Assembly: GCA_036946325.1 (NCBI GenBank)
Contig: JAQIJL010000001.1
Coordinates: 1,578,630 to 1,642,629, forward strand
Direction of reading: 5' to 3'
DNA: 64,000 nucleotides
From: Sphingomonas paucimobilis
GTDB taxonomy: Bacteria > Pseudomonadota > Alphaproteobacteria > Sphingomonadales > Sphingomonadaceae
The number at the start of each line of letters is the position of its first letter. The stretch's first letter is position 1. A model generated the notes under the pieces. The model worked only from the letters and a program-made list of their open reading frames with translations. It had not been told where the DNA came from and did no database searches. Made by a program: the position numbers and the translations under genes. This document shows, in pieces, positions 18,705 to 28,279 of this stretch.

Positions 18705-19939
18705 CGGGGGGAGTTGGGAAGCGCCCCCCGCAATGTGAAGTCGCCGCCCGTACGAACCAGTCGCCAGCCATCGGGCAGGAAGTCGAGCGACATGTAATAA
18801 TAGAAGACGCAGGTGCCGTCGGGACGATAGCTCGCTCCCTTCAACAGCCCGATCGCGGTCGTGCCGACGAATACCGGCCCGCCGCTGTCGCCGCCCTTGC
18901 ACCCCGGCCCGGCCACCGCCACCCAGGTCGGCAGGCACGGCCCGCCGCACAGGTCGCCCGATGGTGCGAAGTCGACCATCTCGACCTCGGCACAGCTATA
19001 GCCGCTATGTTCGCCCCGGTGGCACACGATATCGCCGACCCGCGTTCCCGCCCGGCTGCGCTGCCCCTCGACGGGGCGCAGCATGGTCCGGCCTGCGTCG
19101 GAATAGAAGCGCGGCCGGACCGCATCGGGGCTGGCATTGACCTGCACGTCGTGAAACCCCCAGCCCCATTGCCCGATAAAGGTCAGCGGCGTGCGGGTGC
19201 CGTCCCTGGCGACATGCTCCAGCATGTCGGGACAATGGGCGGCGGTGACGATGCCGTTCTGCACGCCATTGGTCACGACGAAGCCGGTCGTGCAGTAAAA
19301 GCGCCGGCCGCTCACCGGATCGGGACCGATCAGCCGCGATCCGCCGACGACCTCGCCCGACAGGTCCAGCTCGGGCCGGCCGCTGGTCGCGATGCGGACG
19401 GGCACGCCGGTCAGCGACTCGATCCGCCGCTTGAGCGCCGCGACATCCCCCGCCGCATCCGCCGCACCGATCAGGACCAGCAATTCGCCGTTCCGGGCGT
19501 CGATGCCGATCGCCGGCGGGCGGACGACCATCGCGCGGATCGCGGCCTGATGCTCGGTGATCGCCGCCAGCATCTCCGCCCGCGTCGCCGTCGCGCCGGT
19601 GCGGAACCGGATCGGGATCGACAGGCGGTCCATGGCGACCTGTCCATCGGGCACCGGGCGCCTGCCGGTCAGCAGGACGGTGACCGTGCCGTCGCGTTCG
19701 ATCACGGTGCCGGCCAGTCGGTCGCGATACTCGCCCTCGATCCACTCGGTCGCGGCGACGCTGGCGGCCTGCTTGCGCAGCAGGACCAGCGCATCGGCGG
19801 GATCGATGCCTCGGATGCGAGCGACTTCGGCCGCATCCTGCGCCAGCGCGGTATCGGCGGAAACGACGACGGCGGCGTCCTGCGCCGCGGCGGGAGTTCC
19901 CGCCGCCAGCGCAAGCGCCGCCGCCAAACGTCGCAGCAT
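18701..19939 (-). CDS. Secreted S1-family serine protease with prodomain (alpha-lytic protease-like)
   Basis: Signal peptide MLRRLAAAL. Motifs CTTGF, TAAHC, GDSGGP. Confidence 0.88.
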   Translation of the reverse strand: MLRRLAAALALAAGTPAAAQDAAVVVSADTALAQDAAEVARIRGIDPADALVLLRKQAASVAATEWIEGEYRDRLAGTVIERDGTVTVLLTGRRPVPDGQVAMDRLSIPIRFRTGATATRAEMLAAITEHQAAIRAMVVRPPAIGIDARNGELLVLIGAADAAGDVAALKRRIESLTGVPVRIATSGRPELDLSGEVVGGSRLIGPDPVSGRRFYCTTGFVVTNGVQNGIVTAAHCPDMLEHVARDGTRTPLTFIGQWGWGFHDVQVNASPDAVRPRFYSDAGRTMLRPVEGQRSRAGTRVGDIVCHRGEHSGYSCAEVEMVDFAPSGDLCGGPCLPTWVAVAGPGCKGGDSGGPVFVGTTAIGLLKGASYRPDGTCVFYYYMSLDFLPDGWRLVRTGGDFTLRGALPNSPR

Positions 19940-19947
19940 CGACCGGA

Positions 19948-21279
19948 TCAATCGAGTCGGCGTGCCAGTTCCTTGTTGAGCGCGAGGGCTGCCAGCGTGC
20001 CGATCGCACCCGACAACAGGTACAGGCCCGATGCGAACAGCCCCAGCTTGTCGGCCAGCGCCAGTGCGACGAACGGCGCGAAGCCCGCTCCGAACAGCCA
20101 CGCAAGGTCCGACGTCAGCGCCGCGCCGGTGTAGCGCGAATCCTTGGCGAAGTTCGACGCCACCGTCCCCGACGACTGGCCGAACGACAGGCCGAGCAGG
20201 ATGAAGCCGGTGATCATGAAGGCGATCTCACCCGCATCGCCACCGTCCAGCAGCAGCGGCGCGAGGCCGGAGAACAGCGCGATGGCGATCGCCCCGATGC
20301 CCAGCAGCGTACGGCGTCCGACATGATCGGCCAGCACGCCCGAAATGATGATCGCGAAGATGAAGAACAGCGCGCAGGCGGTCTCGATCCACAGGAAGCG
20401 TTCGATCGGCTGTTCGGTGCGCAGCAGGATCCACGACAGCGGGAACACGGTGACCATGTGGAACAGCGCGAAGCTGGCCAGCGGCACCAGCGCACCGATC
20501 ACGATCGTCTTCCATTCGCGGCCGACGGTCGGCAGCACCGGCGACGCCTTCAGCTCGCGATTCTCGAACAGCTTGGTATATTCCGGCGTCACCACGATGC
20601 GCAGCCGCGCGAACAGCGCCACGACGTTCAGCGCGAACGCCACGAAGAACGGATAGCGCCAGCCCCAGCTGATAAAGTCCTCGGCACTCATATAGGCGGT
20701 GAAGAAGGCGAACAGCGCGCTTGCGACCATCAGGCCGAGCGGGGCGCCCAGCTGCGGGATCATCGCATACCAGCCACGCCGGTCCTGCGGCACGTTGAGC
20801 GCCAGCAGCGAGGCGAGGCCGTCCCATGCGCCGCCCAGCGCGATCCCCTGCAGGATGCGCAGCGTCGCCAGCAGGATCGCCGACCACGCACCAACCTGCG
20901 CGTAACCGGGCAGGAAGCCCATCGCCACCGTCGCGGTGCCGAGCAGGAACAGCGCGATGGTCAGCTTCGTGCCCCGCCCATGGCGACGGTCGATCCACAT
21001 GAACAGCAGCGTGCCCAGCGGCCGGGCAAAGAACGCCAGCGGGAACAGCGCGAACGAATAGAGCGTGCCCGTCAGCCGGTCGACATAGGGGAACATCAGC
21101 TGCGGGAACACGATCACCGACGCGATCGCATAGACGAAGAAGTCGAAGAATTCCGACGTACGCCCGATGATCACGCCGATGGCGATCTCTTCGGACTGGA
21201 CGTTCACCTCGCCGCCGCCATGATTGACGGCACGGGCATCGGCCTCGAGTTCGCGGGAGTGGACGAAGGCCTCGGCCAT
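19948..21279 (-). CDS. MFS transporter (metabolite:H+ symporter family)
   Basis: EFFDFFVY, ARPLG..F.WIDRRHGR, RILQGIALGG, about 12 TM helices. Divergent from cyoA. Confidence 0.9.
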   Translation of the reverse strand: MAEAFVHSRELEADARAVNHGGGEVNVQSEEIAIGVIIGRTSEFFDFFVYAIASVIVFPQLMFPYVDRLTGTLYSFALFPLAFFARPLGTLLFMWIDRRHGRGTKLTIALFLLGTATVAMGFLPGYAQVGAWSAILLATLRILQGIALGGAWDGLASLLALNVPQDRRGWYAMIPQLGAPLGLMVASALFAFFTAYMSAEDFISWGWRYPFFVAFALNVVALFARLRIVVTPEYTKLFENRELKASPVLPTVGREWKTIVIGALVPLASFALFHMVTVFPLSWILLRTEQPIERFLWIETACALFFIFAIIISGVLADHVGRRTLLGIGAIAIALFSGLAPLLLDGGDAGEIAFMITGFILLGLSFGQSSGTVASNFAKDSRYTGAALTSDLAWLFGAGFAPFVALALADKLGLFASGLYLLSGAIGTLAALALNKELARRLD

Positions 21280-21356
21280 AGGGACTCCAAGAGCAGCGCG
21301 GATGACGCGCGGATAAACAGAATGTGCGCCCGTTATCGCAATGCACCAAACGCGGG

Positions 21357-21377
21357 GATAGGACAAAATGTCCTATC
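21357..21377. promoter_or_regulatory. Perfect palindromic operator upstream of cyoA (RegA/RegR-like core)
   Basis: GATAGGACA-AAA-TGTCCTATC. The minus strand has GACATT-NN-GTC, as in the RegR box core. Confidence 0.65.
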
Positions 21378-21410
21378 GCAGTGCAGCATCGCACGGCATA
21401 GGTCGCGCCC

Positions 21411-22556
21411 ATGATCCTGCCCCGCTCGCTTCCGTGGCAACGGCCACTGCGCTCGCTCCTCCCCTTCACGGCCCTGCCGCTGCTGGGTGGTTGCGACATG
21501 GTCGTGCTCAATCCCGCCGGCGACGTCGCGCGCCAACAGGCCGACGTCCTGATGATTTCGGTCGGTCTGATGCTCCTGATCATCATTCCGGTGATGGTGC
21601 TGATCGTCTGGTTCGCATGGAAATACCGCGCGAGCAACGAGACGGCGACCTACAAGCCCGACTGGGACCATTCGACCGCGCTCGAACTGGTCATCTGGTC
21701 CGGTCCGCTGCTGATCGTCATCGCGCTCGGCGCGCTGACGTGGATAAGCACCCACCTGCTCGACCCCTATCGCCCGATCGGGCAGATTTCGTCGGGCAAG
21801 CCGGTGCCGGAGGGCCAGCAGCCGCTGGAGATCCAGGTCGTCTCGCTCGACTGGAAATGGCTGTTCATCTATCCCGAACAGGGGATCGCGACGGTCAATC
21901 GTCTGGTCGTGCCCGTCGACCGCCAGGTACGCTTCCGCCTGTCGTCGTCGTCGGTGATGAACACCTTCTACGTCCCGGCGATGGCCGGCATGATCTATAC
22001 GATGCCGGGCATGGAGACGAAGCTACACGCCGTGCTGAACAAGCCGGGCACGTTCGAGGGCATGTCGGCGCACTATAGCGGCGCGGGCTTCTCCTACATG
22101 AACTTCAAGACGACCAGCACCGATGCCGCCGGCTTCGACAAGTTCGTCGCAGGCGTGCGGGCGATGCCGAACCGGCTGGATACCCCGCGCTATCTCGAAC
22201 TGGAAAAGCCCAGCGAGAAGGTGCCGCCGATGGGCTTTGGCGGAGTCGAACAGGGGCTGTTCACCCGCATCGTCCAGATGTGCGTCAAGCCCGGTACGCC
22301 GTGCATGACCGAGAGCATGGGCCATGGCGGCCATGGTTCGGCGGTCAACAGCCGTCTGCCCGAAGGGGAGCGTACCAAGGGCGCGCTGGAAAAGGCACCG
22401 TCCGACTATGGCGTTAGCCCGCACAGCAGCGGCGACGCGCCGCAGGGATCGTCGGCCGCCCCCGGCGCCGCCGATCCGGGCAACGACGCCAACCGCAACA
22501 TGACCCGCATCGCGCCGCCCGCGATCCCGGGCCGCACCGCTCCGGCACTTGGCTGA
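21411..22556 (+). CDS. cyoA: Cytochrome bo3 ubiquinol oxidase subunit II
   Basis: Lipobox [34 protein letters not shown]. Long C-terminal extension. Confidence 0.96.
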   Translation: MILPRSLPWQRPLRSLLPFTALPLLGGCDMVVLNPAGDVARQQADVLMISVGLMLLIIIPVMVLIVWFAWKYRASNETATYKPDWDHSTALELVIWSGPLLIVIALGALTWISTHLLDPYRPIGQISSGKPVPEGQQPLEIQVVSLDWKWLFIYPEQGIATVNRLVVPVDRQVRFRLSSSSVMNTFYVPAMAGMIYTMPGMETKLHAVLNKPGTFEGMSAHYSGAGFSYMNFKTTSTDAAGFDKFVAGVRAMPNRLDTPRYLELEKPSEKVPPMGFGGVEQGLFTRIVQMCVKPGTPCMTESMGHGGHGSAVNSRLPEGERTKGALEKAPSDYGVSPHSSGDAPQGSSAAPGAADPGNDANRNMTRIAPPAIPGRTAPALG

Positions 22557-22566
22557 GAACGAGATC

Positions 22567-24567
22567 ATGTCCGATACCCTTACCAAGCTGATCTTCGGGC
22601 GGTTGACGCTCGAAAGCTTCCCGATCCACGAACCGATCATCGTCATGACCTTCATCGCGGTCGCCATCGGCGGCGCAGCGGTGCTGGCGGCGCTGACCTA
22701 TTTCAAGCTGTGGGGCTATCTCTGGAAAGAGTGGTTCACCACGGTCGACCACAAGCGGATCGGGATCATGTACATGATCCTCGGCATCGTCATGCTGCTG
22801 CGCGGCTTTGCCGACGCGGTCATGATGCGCGGGCAGCAGGCGATGGCATTCGGCCAGAACGAAGGCTTTCTGAACGCGCATCACTATGACCAAGTGTTCA
22901 CCGCGCACGGCGTCATCATGATCTTCTTCGTGGCGATGCCGCTGGTCACCGGCCTGATGAACTATATCGTGCCGCTGCAGATCGGCGCGCGCGACGTGTC
23001 CTTCCCGTTCCTGAACAATTTCAGCTTCTGGATGACCGCGTCGGGCGTCGTGATCGTCATGGCCAGCCTGTTCGTCGGCGAATTCGCGCGTACCGGCTGG
23101 CTGGCGTTTGCGCCGCTGTCGGGCCTCGACTATTCGCCGGACGTCGGCGTCGACTATTATATCTGGGCGCTCCAACTGGCGGGCGTCGGGACGTTGCTGT
23201 CGGGCGTCAACCTGATCGCGACCATCGTGAAGATGCGCGCGCCGGGCATGGGTCTGATGAAGATGCCGATCTTCACCTGGTCGGCGCTGGTGACCAACAT
23301 CCTGATCGTCGCCGCCTTCCCCGTCCTGACCGCCGTGCTCGCGCTGCTCTCGCTCGACCGCTATGTCGGCACGAACTTCTTCACGAACACGCTCGGGGGC
23401 AACCCGATGATGTACGTGAACATGATCTGGATCTGGGGCCACCCGGAAGTCTACATCCTGATCCTGCCGGCGTTCGGTGTGTTCTCGGAAATCGTGTCGA
23501 CCTTCTCGGGCAAGCGGCTGTTCGGCTATACGTCGATGGTCTACGCGCTGCTGGTCATCACCATCCTGTCGTATCTGGTGTGGCTGCACCACTTCTTCAC
23601 CATGGGGTCGGGCGCGAGCGTCAACTCGTTCTTCGGCATCACCACGATGATCATCTCGATCCCGACGGGCGCGAAGATCTTCAACTGGCTGTTCACCATG
23701 TATCGCGGCCGTATCCGCTACGAACTGCCGATGATGTGGGCGATCGCCTTCATGCTGACCTTCACCATCGGCGGCATGACCGGCGTGCTGCTCGCGGTGC
23801 CGCCCGCCGACTTCGTGCTGCACAACTCGCTGTTCCTCGTCGCGCACTTCCACAACGTCATCATCGGCGGGGTGGTGTTCGGGATGTTCGCCGGCATCAA
23901 CTATTGGTTTCCCAAGGCGTTCGGCTTCAAGCTAGATAAGAAATGGGGTCTGGTCAGCTTCTGGTGCTGGTTTGTCGGCTTCTGGGTCGCCTTCACCCCG
24001 CTTTATGTGCTGGGCCTGATGGGCATCACCCGGCGCCTGCGCCACTTCGACGACCCGAGCCTGCAGATCTGGTTCGTCATCGCCGCCGTGGGTGCCGCGA
24101 TCATCGCGGTCGGCATCGCCGCCTTCCTGGTGCAGATCGCCGTCAGCATCATGAACCGCGACAAGCTGCGTGACTTCACCGGCGATCCGTGGAACGGCCG
24201 CAGCCTCGAATGGGCGACCTCGTCGCCGCCGCCGGACTATAACTTCGCGTTCACGCCCGTCGTCCACGACATGGACGCGTGGTACGACATGAAGTGCCAC
24301 AAATATGCCCGGCCGACGGACGGCTTCACCGCCATCCACATGCCGAGCAACACCTGGGCAGGCATCGTGCTGGCCGGTCTCTCGACCGTCTTCGGTCTGG
24401 CGATGGTCTGGTACATCTGGTGGCTGGCGGCGCTGTCGTTCGCCCTGGTGATCGGGGTCTCGATCTACCACACCTTCAACTACAATCGTGACTTCCACAT
24501 TCCGGTGGAGGAAGTCGTCGAGACGGAGCGGCAGCGCACTGCCGACCTCCAGGCCGCGGGGGCGTAA
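22567..24567 (+). CDS. cyoB: Cytochrome bo3 ubiquinol oxidase subunit I
   Basis: [39 protein letters not shown]. Confidence 0.98.
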   Translation: MSDTLTKLIFGRLTLESFPIHEPIIVMTFIAVAIGGAAVLAALTYFKLWGYLWKEWFTTVDHKRIGIMYMILGIVMLLRGFADAVMMRGQQAMAFGQNEGFLNAHHYDQVFTAHGVIMIFFVAMPLVTGLMNYIVPLQIGARDVSFPFLNNFSFWMTASGVVIVMASLFVGEFARTGWLAFAPLSGLDYSPDVGVDYYIWALQLAGVGTLLSGVNLIATIVKMRAPGMGLMKMPIFTWSALVTNILIVAAFPVLTAVLALLSLDRYVGTNFFTNTLGGNPMMYVNMIWIWGHPEVYILILPAFGVFSEIVSTFSGKRLFGYTSMVYALLVITILSYLVWLHHFFTMGSGASVNSFFGITTMIISIPTGAKIFNWLFTMYRGRIRYELPMMWAIAFMLTFTIGGMTGVLLAVPPADFVLHNSLFLVAHFHNVIIGGVVFGMFAGINYWFPKAFGFKLDKKWGLVSFWCWFVGFWVAFTPLYVLGLMGITRRLRHFDDPSLQIWFVIAAVGAAIIAVGIAAFLVQIAVSIMNRDKLRDFTGDPWNGRSLEWATSSPPPDYNFAFTPVVHDMDAWYDMKCHKYARPTDGFTAIHMPSNTWAGIVLAGLSTVFGLAMVWYIWWLAALSFALVIGVSIYHTFNYNRDFHIPVEEVVETERQRTADLQAAGA

Positions 24568-24569
24568 AC

Positions 24570-25199
24570 ATGAGTTCGTCGGTACAAGTCCCCGCAGGCG
24601 CGGAAGAGCGCGCCTACCATCTGGCGGAGGAGCATGAGCATGAAGCCGGGTCGAGCACCATGCTCGGCTTCTGGCTCTACCTGATGAGCGACTGTCTCAT
24701 CTTCGCCATGCTCTTCGCCGCCTATGGCGTTTATTCGGGCAGCACCGCGGGCGGCCCGGACGCCAAGGAACTGTTCGACCTGCCGCTCGTCGCGCTCAAC
24801 ACCGCGATGCTGCTATTCTCGTCGATCACCTATGGCTTTGCGATGATCGCCGCCGAAGAGGGCAAGAAGGCCGCGACGCTGCGCTGGCTCGCCATCACCG
24901 GCGTGTTCGGCCTGTGCTTCCTCGGCATCGAACTCTACGAGTTCAGCCATCTGATCCATGAAGGCGCCGGACCGCAGCGCAGCGCGTTCCTGTCGGCGTT
25001 CTTCACGCTGGTCGGCACCCACGGGCTGCACGTCACCTTCGGCTCGGTCTGGCTGGTCACGCTGATGGTGCAGGTCGCCCGGTACGGCCTCGGTGCCGCC
25101 AACATGCGCCGGCTGATGTGCCTGTCGCTGTTCTGGCACTTCCTCGACGTCATCTGGATCGGCGTCTTCACCTTCGTCTATCTGCTGGGAGTCCTCTAA
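24570..25199 (+). CDS. cyoC: Cytochrome bo3 ubiquinol oxidase subunit III
   Basis: GFWLYLMSDC, GTHGLHV, FWHFLDVIW. Confidence 0.97.
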   Translation: MSSSVQVPAGAEERAYHLAEEHEHEAGSSTMLGFWLYLMSDCLIFAMLFAAYGVYSGSTAGGPDAKELFDLPLVALNTAMLLFSSITYGFAMIAAEEGKKAATLRWLAITGVFGLCFLGIELYEFSHLIHEGAGPQRSAFLSAFFTLVGTHGLHVTFGSVWLVTLMVQVARYGLGAANMRRLMCLSLFWHFLDVIWIGVFTFVYLLGVL

Positions 25200-25612
25200 T
25201 GGCCGGCCACGCCCATCACGACGCGCACGGTCATGGCACGCATGGTCACGCCGGCCACGGCCATGGCGGCCATGGCGACGCCCCCGCGCATGGTTCGCGC
25301 AAGGACTATGTCATCGGCTTCCTGCTGTCGGTGCTGCTGACCGCGATCCCCTTCGCGCTCGTCATGACCAACGCCTTTGCCGATACGCGGATCACCGCCG
25401 CCATCGTCATGATCTGTGCGGTCGTGCAGATCGTCGTCCACATGATCTACTTCCTGCACATGAACACCAAGTCGGAAAGCGGCTGGACGTTGATGGCGCT
25501 GATCTTCACCGTCGTTCTGGTCGGGATCGTGATCGCCGGATCGCTGTGGGTCATGTACCATATGAACGTGAACATGATGCCCCAGATGTCCGGGGACATG
25601 GGCGCGATGTGA
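25199..25612 (+). CDS. cyoD: Cytochrome bo3 ubiquinol oxidase subunit IV, His-rich N-terminus
   Basis: YVIGFLLSVLLT, QIVVHMIYFLHM, GSLWVM. Start ATG overlaps the cyoC stop. Confidence 0.95.
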   Translation: MAGHAHHDAHGHGTHGHAGHGHGGHGDAPAHGSRKDYVIGFLLSVLLTAIPFALVMTNAFADTRITAAIVMICAVVQIVVHMIYFLHMNTKSESGWTLMALIFTVVLVGIVIAGSLWVMYHMNVNMMPQMSGDMGAM

Positions 25613-26324
25613 CGCAGCGCCGTCCGACTCGGGGCCGGTCGATCCGACGCATCCTGATCGTCGCGGCGATCGGATGCGTCATCGCCGGCCTGATCGGGCT
25701 GGGCGTGTGGCAGTTGCAGCGTCGGGCGTGGAAGCTGGACCTGATCCAGCGCACCGAAACGATGCTGCTCTCCCCGCCCGTCCCCCGCCCCCGCCCCCGG
25801 CGGCATGGGACACCATCACGCAGGACGATACCTATCGTCCCGTCATCGCCACCGGGCGCTACCGCCGGGATGCCGATACCTACACCCAGGCCGCAACCGC
25901 GCTGGGCGGCGGCTTCTGGGTCCTGACCCCGCTCGACACCGGGCGCTTCACCCTGCTCGTCAACCGCGGCTTCGTGCCGCCCGAGCGGCGCGGCAAGGTC
26001 CCCGCCCCTACCGACACCGTTACCGTACGCGGACTGCTGCGGATCACCGAACCCGGCGGCGGCTTCCTGCGCAGCAACGTTCCCGCTGAAGACCGCTGGT
26101 ATTCGCGCGACGTCGCGGCGATAGCCGCCAAACGCGGGCTGCGCGACGTCGCCCCCTATTTCATCGATGCCGTCGCCGATCCCGAGGTCGAATGGCCGCG
26201 CGGCGGGCTGACCGTGGTCACCTTCCGCAACAACCATCTGGTCTATGCGCTGACATGGTTCGGCCTCGCGCTGCTGCTGGGCGGCATGACATGGTGGGTC
26301 GCACGGCGCGAACCGCGGGCGTAA
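25609..26324 (+). pseudogene. SURF1/Shy1 family protein, frameshifted at a (C5G)3 tract near 25782-25800 (pseudogene or assembly error)
   Basis: GTG start overlaps the cyoD stop. LGVWQLQRRAWK is in one frame; WVLTP, LVNRGFVP, HLVYALTWF are in another. Confidence 0.85.
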
Positions 26325-26325
26325 C

Positions 26326-27633
26326 ATGCGCCCGATGCAACCCGCCCCCCCTTCCCCGACTCCGCGCCTGCCGATGGCGGAGGGCGTCGGCCGCAACATG
26401 CTGCTGCTGGTGCAGCTGCGCTGGCTGGCGGTCGGCGGACAGCTGGGGACGATCCTCGTGGTCGACGGGCTGCTCGGCATCCGCCTGCCGCTGATCCCGA
26501 TGGCGAGCGTGCTGGCGGCGCTGGTGCTGCTGAACCTCGTCACCCTCGCCCGCCGGTCGCGGTGGAGCGATACCAACCTGCCGCTGTTCGCCGCCCTCGT
26601 CCTCGACGTCGCCGCGCTCACCGCGCAACTCTATCTGTCGGGCGGCGCGCGCAACCCGTTCGTGTCGCTCTATCTGTTGCAGGTCGTGATCGGCGCGATC
26701 CTGTTGAAGGTCTGGTCGAGCTGGGCGCTGGTCGCGATCACCAGCGGGGCGTTCGCGCTGCTCGGCCCCTTCCACCGCCCGCTCGACCTGCCGCCCGCCT
26801 ATGCCAGCAGCCTGTCCGAAGCCTATCTGATCGGCAACTGGATCAATTTCGTGCTGGCGGCGACATTGCTGGTCGCATTCGTCACGCGCATCGCCGCCAA
26901 CCTGCGCGACCGCGATACCAAGGTGGCGCAACTGCACCAGCGCGCGGTCGAGGAGGAGCATATCGTCCGCATGGGCCTGCTCGCCAGCGGCGCGGCGCAC
27001 GAACTGGGCACGCCGCTGTCGTCGATCTCGGTGCTGCTCGGCGACTGGAAGAACGAGCCGGTGATCCGCCGCGATCCCCGGTTCGTTGCGGAGGTCGACG
27101 ATATGCGGGCCGAAGTCGCACGCTGCAAGGAGATCGTGTCGGGCATCCTGTTCGCCGCCGGCGAGGTGACCGGCGAGGCACCGACCCGCACGACGCTGCG
27201 CACCTTCCTGACCGATACGCTCGACCGGTGGCGCGGCAACGATCCGACGCGGGCCGTGTTCGAGGATCGCCTCGGCCCCGATGTGCCGATCGTCGCCGAC
27301 CGAGCGCTGGCGCAGGCACTGACCAATTTGCTCGACAATGCGGTGGAGGCCGGCGGGCGGCATATCGCGCTGTTGGCGCTGCGCGACGGGTCGACGTTGC
27401 GCCTGACCGTGCGCGACGATGGCAACGGCTTTTCGGACCGCATTCTCTCGCAGCTCGGCAAACCCTATAATACCAGCAAGGACCGGCAGGGTGCCGGGCT
27501 TGGCCTCTATCTCGCCACCAACGTCCTGCGCCCGCTGGGCGGCACGATCGAGGCGCTGAACCGCGATAGTGGCGGGGCGGAGACGACGCTGATCCTGCCG
27601 ATGGATTCGCTGGCGCTGGAGAAGACGCGATGA
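26326..27633 (+). CDS. regB: RegB/PrrB/ActS-type sensor histidine kinase
   Basis: LVQLRWLAV, GGARNPF, GLLASGAAHELGTPL, LTNLLDNA, GLGLYL. Exact start uncertain. Confidence 0.92.
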   Translation: MRPMQPAPPSPTPRLPMAEGVGRNMLLLVQLRWLAVGGQLGTILVVDGLLGIRLPLIPMASVLAALVLLNLVTLARRSRWSDTNLPLFAALVLDVAALTAQLYLSGGARNPFVSLYLLQVVIGAILLKVWSSWALVAITSGAFALLGPFHRPLDLPPAYASSLSEAYLIGNWINFVLAATLLVAFVTRIAANLRDRDTKVAQLHQRAVEEEHIVRMGLLASGAAHELGTPLSSISVLLGDWKNEPVIRRDPRFVAEVDDMRAEVARCKEIVSGILFAAGEVTGEAPTRTTLRTFLTDTLDRWRGNDPTRAVFEDRLGPDVPIVADRALAQALTNLLDNAVEAGGRHIALLALRDGSTLRLTVRDDGNGFSDRILSQLGKPYNTSKDRQGAGLGLYLATNVLRPLGGTIEALNRDSGGAETTLILPMDSLALEKTR

Positions 27634-28160
27634 CCGAGCGCCGACTGCTGATCGTCGAGGACGACGCCACCTTCGCCCGCACCCTGTGCCGCTCGTTCGA
27701 ACGGCGCGGCTATACGGTGGAGGTGACGGGCGGACCCGACCGACTTGACGAACTGGCCCGCGATTTCGCGCCCGACCATGCGGTCGTCGACCTGCGGCTG
27801 GGCGGTGCGTCGGGGCTTGCCTGTGTCTCGACGCTGTCGGCGATCGACCCGACGATGCGGATCGTCGTGCTGACCGGCTTCGCCAGCATCGCGACGGCGG
27901 TCGAGGCGATCAAGCTGGGCGCGACCAACTATCTGACCAAGCCCGCCAACACCGACGAAATCGAGGCCGCCTTCGCCCGGGTCGAGGGCAATGCCGACGC
28001 GGACCTCACCGCCGCGCCGACCTCGATCAAGACGCTGGAGTGGGAACATATTCACCAGACGCTAGCGGACACGGGCTTCAACATCTCGGAAGCCGCACGC
28101 CGGTTGGGGATGCACCGCCGGACGCTGGCGCGAAAGCTCGACAAGCGCCATCTTTCTTGA
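27630..28160 (+). CDS. regA: RegA/PrrA/ActR response regulator
   Basis: LTGFASIATAVEAIKLGA, LEWEHI, NISEAARRLGMHRRTLARKL. Confidence 0.95.
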   Translation: MTERRLLIVEDDATFARTLCRSFERRGYTVEVTGGPDRLDELARDFAPDHAVVDLRLGGASGLACVSTLSAIDPTMRIVVLTGFASIATAVEAIKLGATNYLTKPANTDEIEAAFARVEGNADADLTAAPTSIKTLEWEHIHQTLADTGFNISEAARRLGMHRRTLARKLDKRHLS

Positions 28161-28212
28161 ACGCAAGGGGGTTCGAAACCACCCCGCCCCTGTGGTAACA
28201 TGCCGCCAAAGG

Positions 28213-28237
28213 GGAACGGTTCATCGTGCGGCAGGTT
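28213..28237 (+). promoter_or_regulatory. Putative sigma-EcfG promoter of the L,D-transpeptidase gene
   Basis: GGAAC-ggttcatcgtgcggcag-GTT (N17), about 40 nt upstream of ATG 28280. Confidence 0.65.
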
Positions 28238-28279
28238 CGAACAGACTATGACCTGCGTGCCGCACCGGAAGAGTATAGG

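Noticed and set aside
21411-28160. cyoABCD-SURF1-regBA arrangement without cyoE as a novelty
   Set aside because: This arrangement is already known in alphaproteobacteria.
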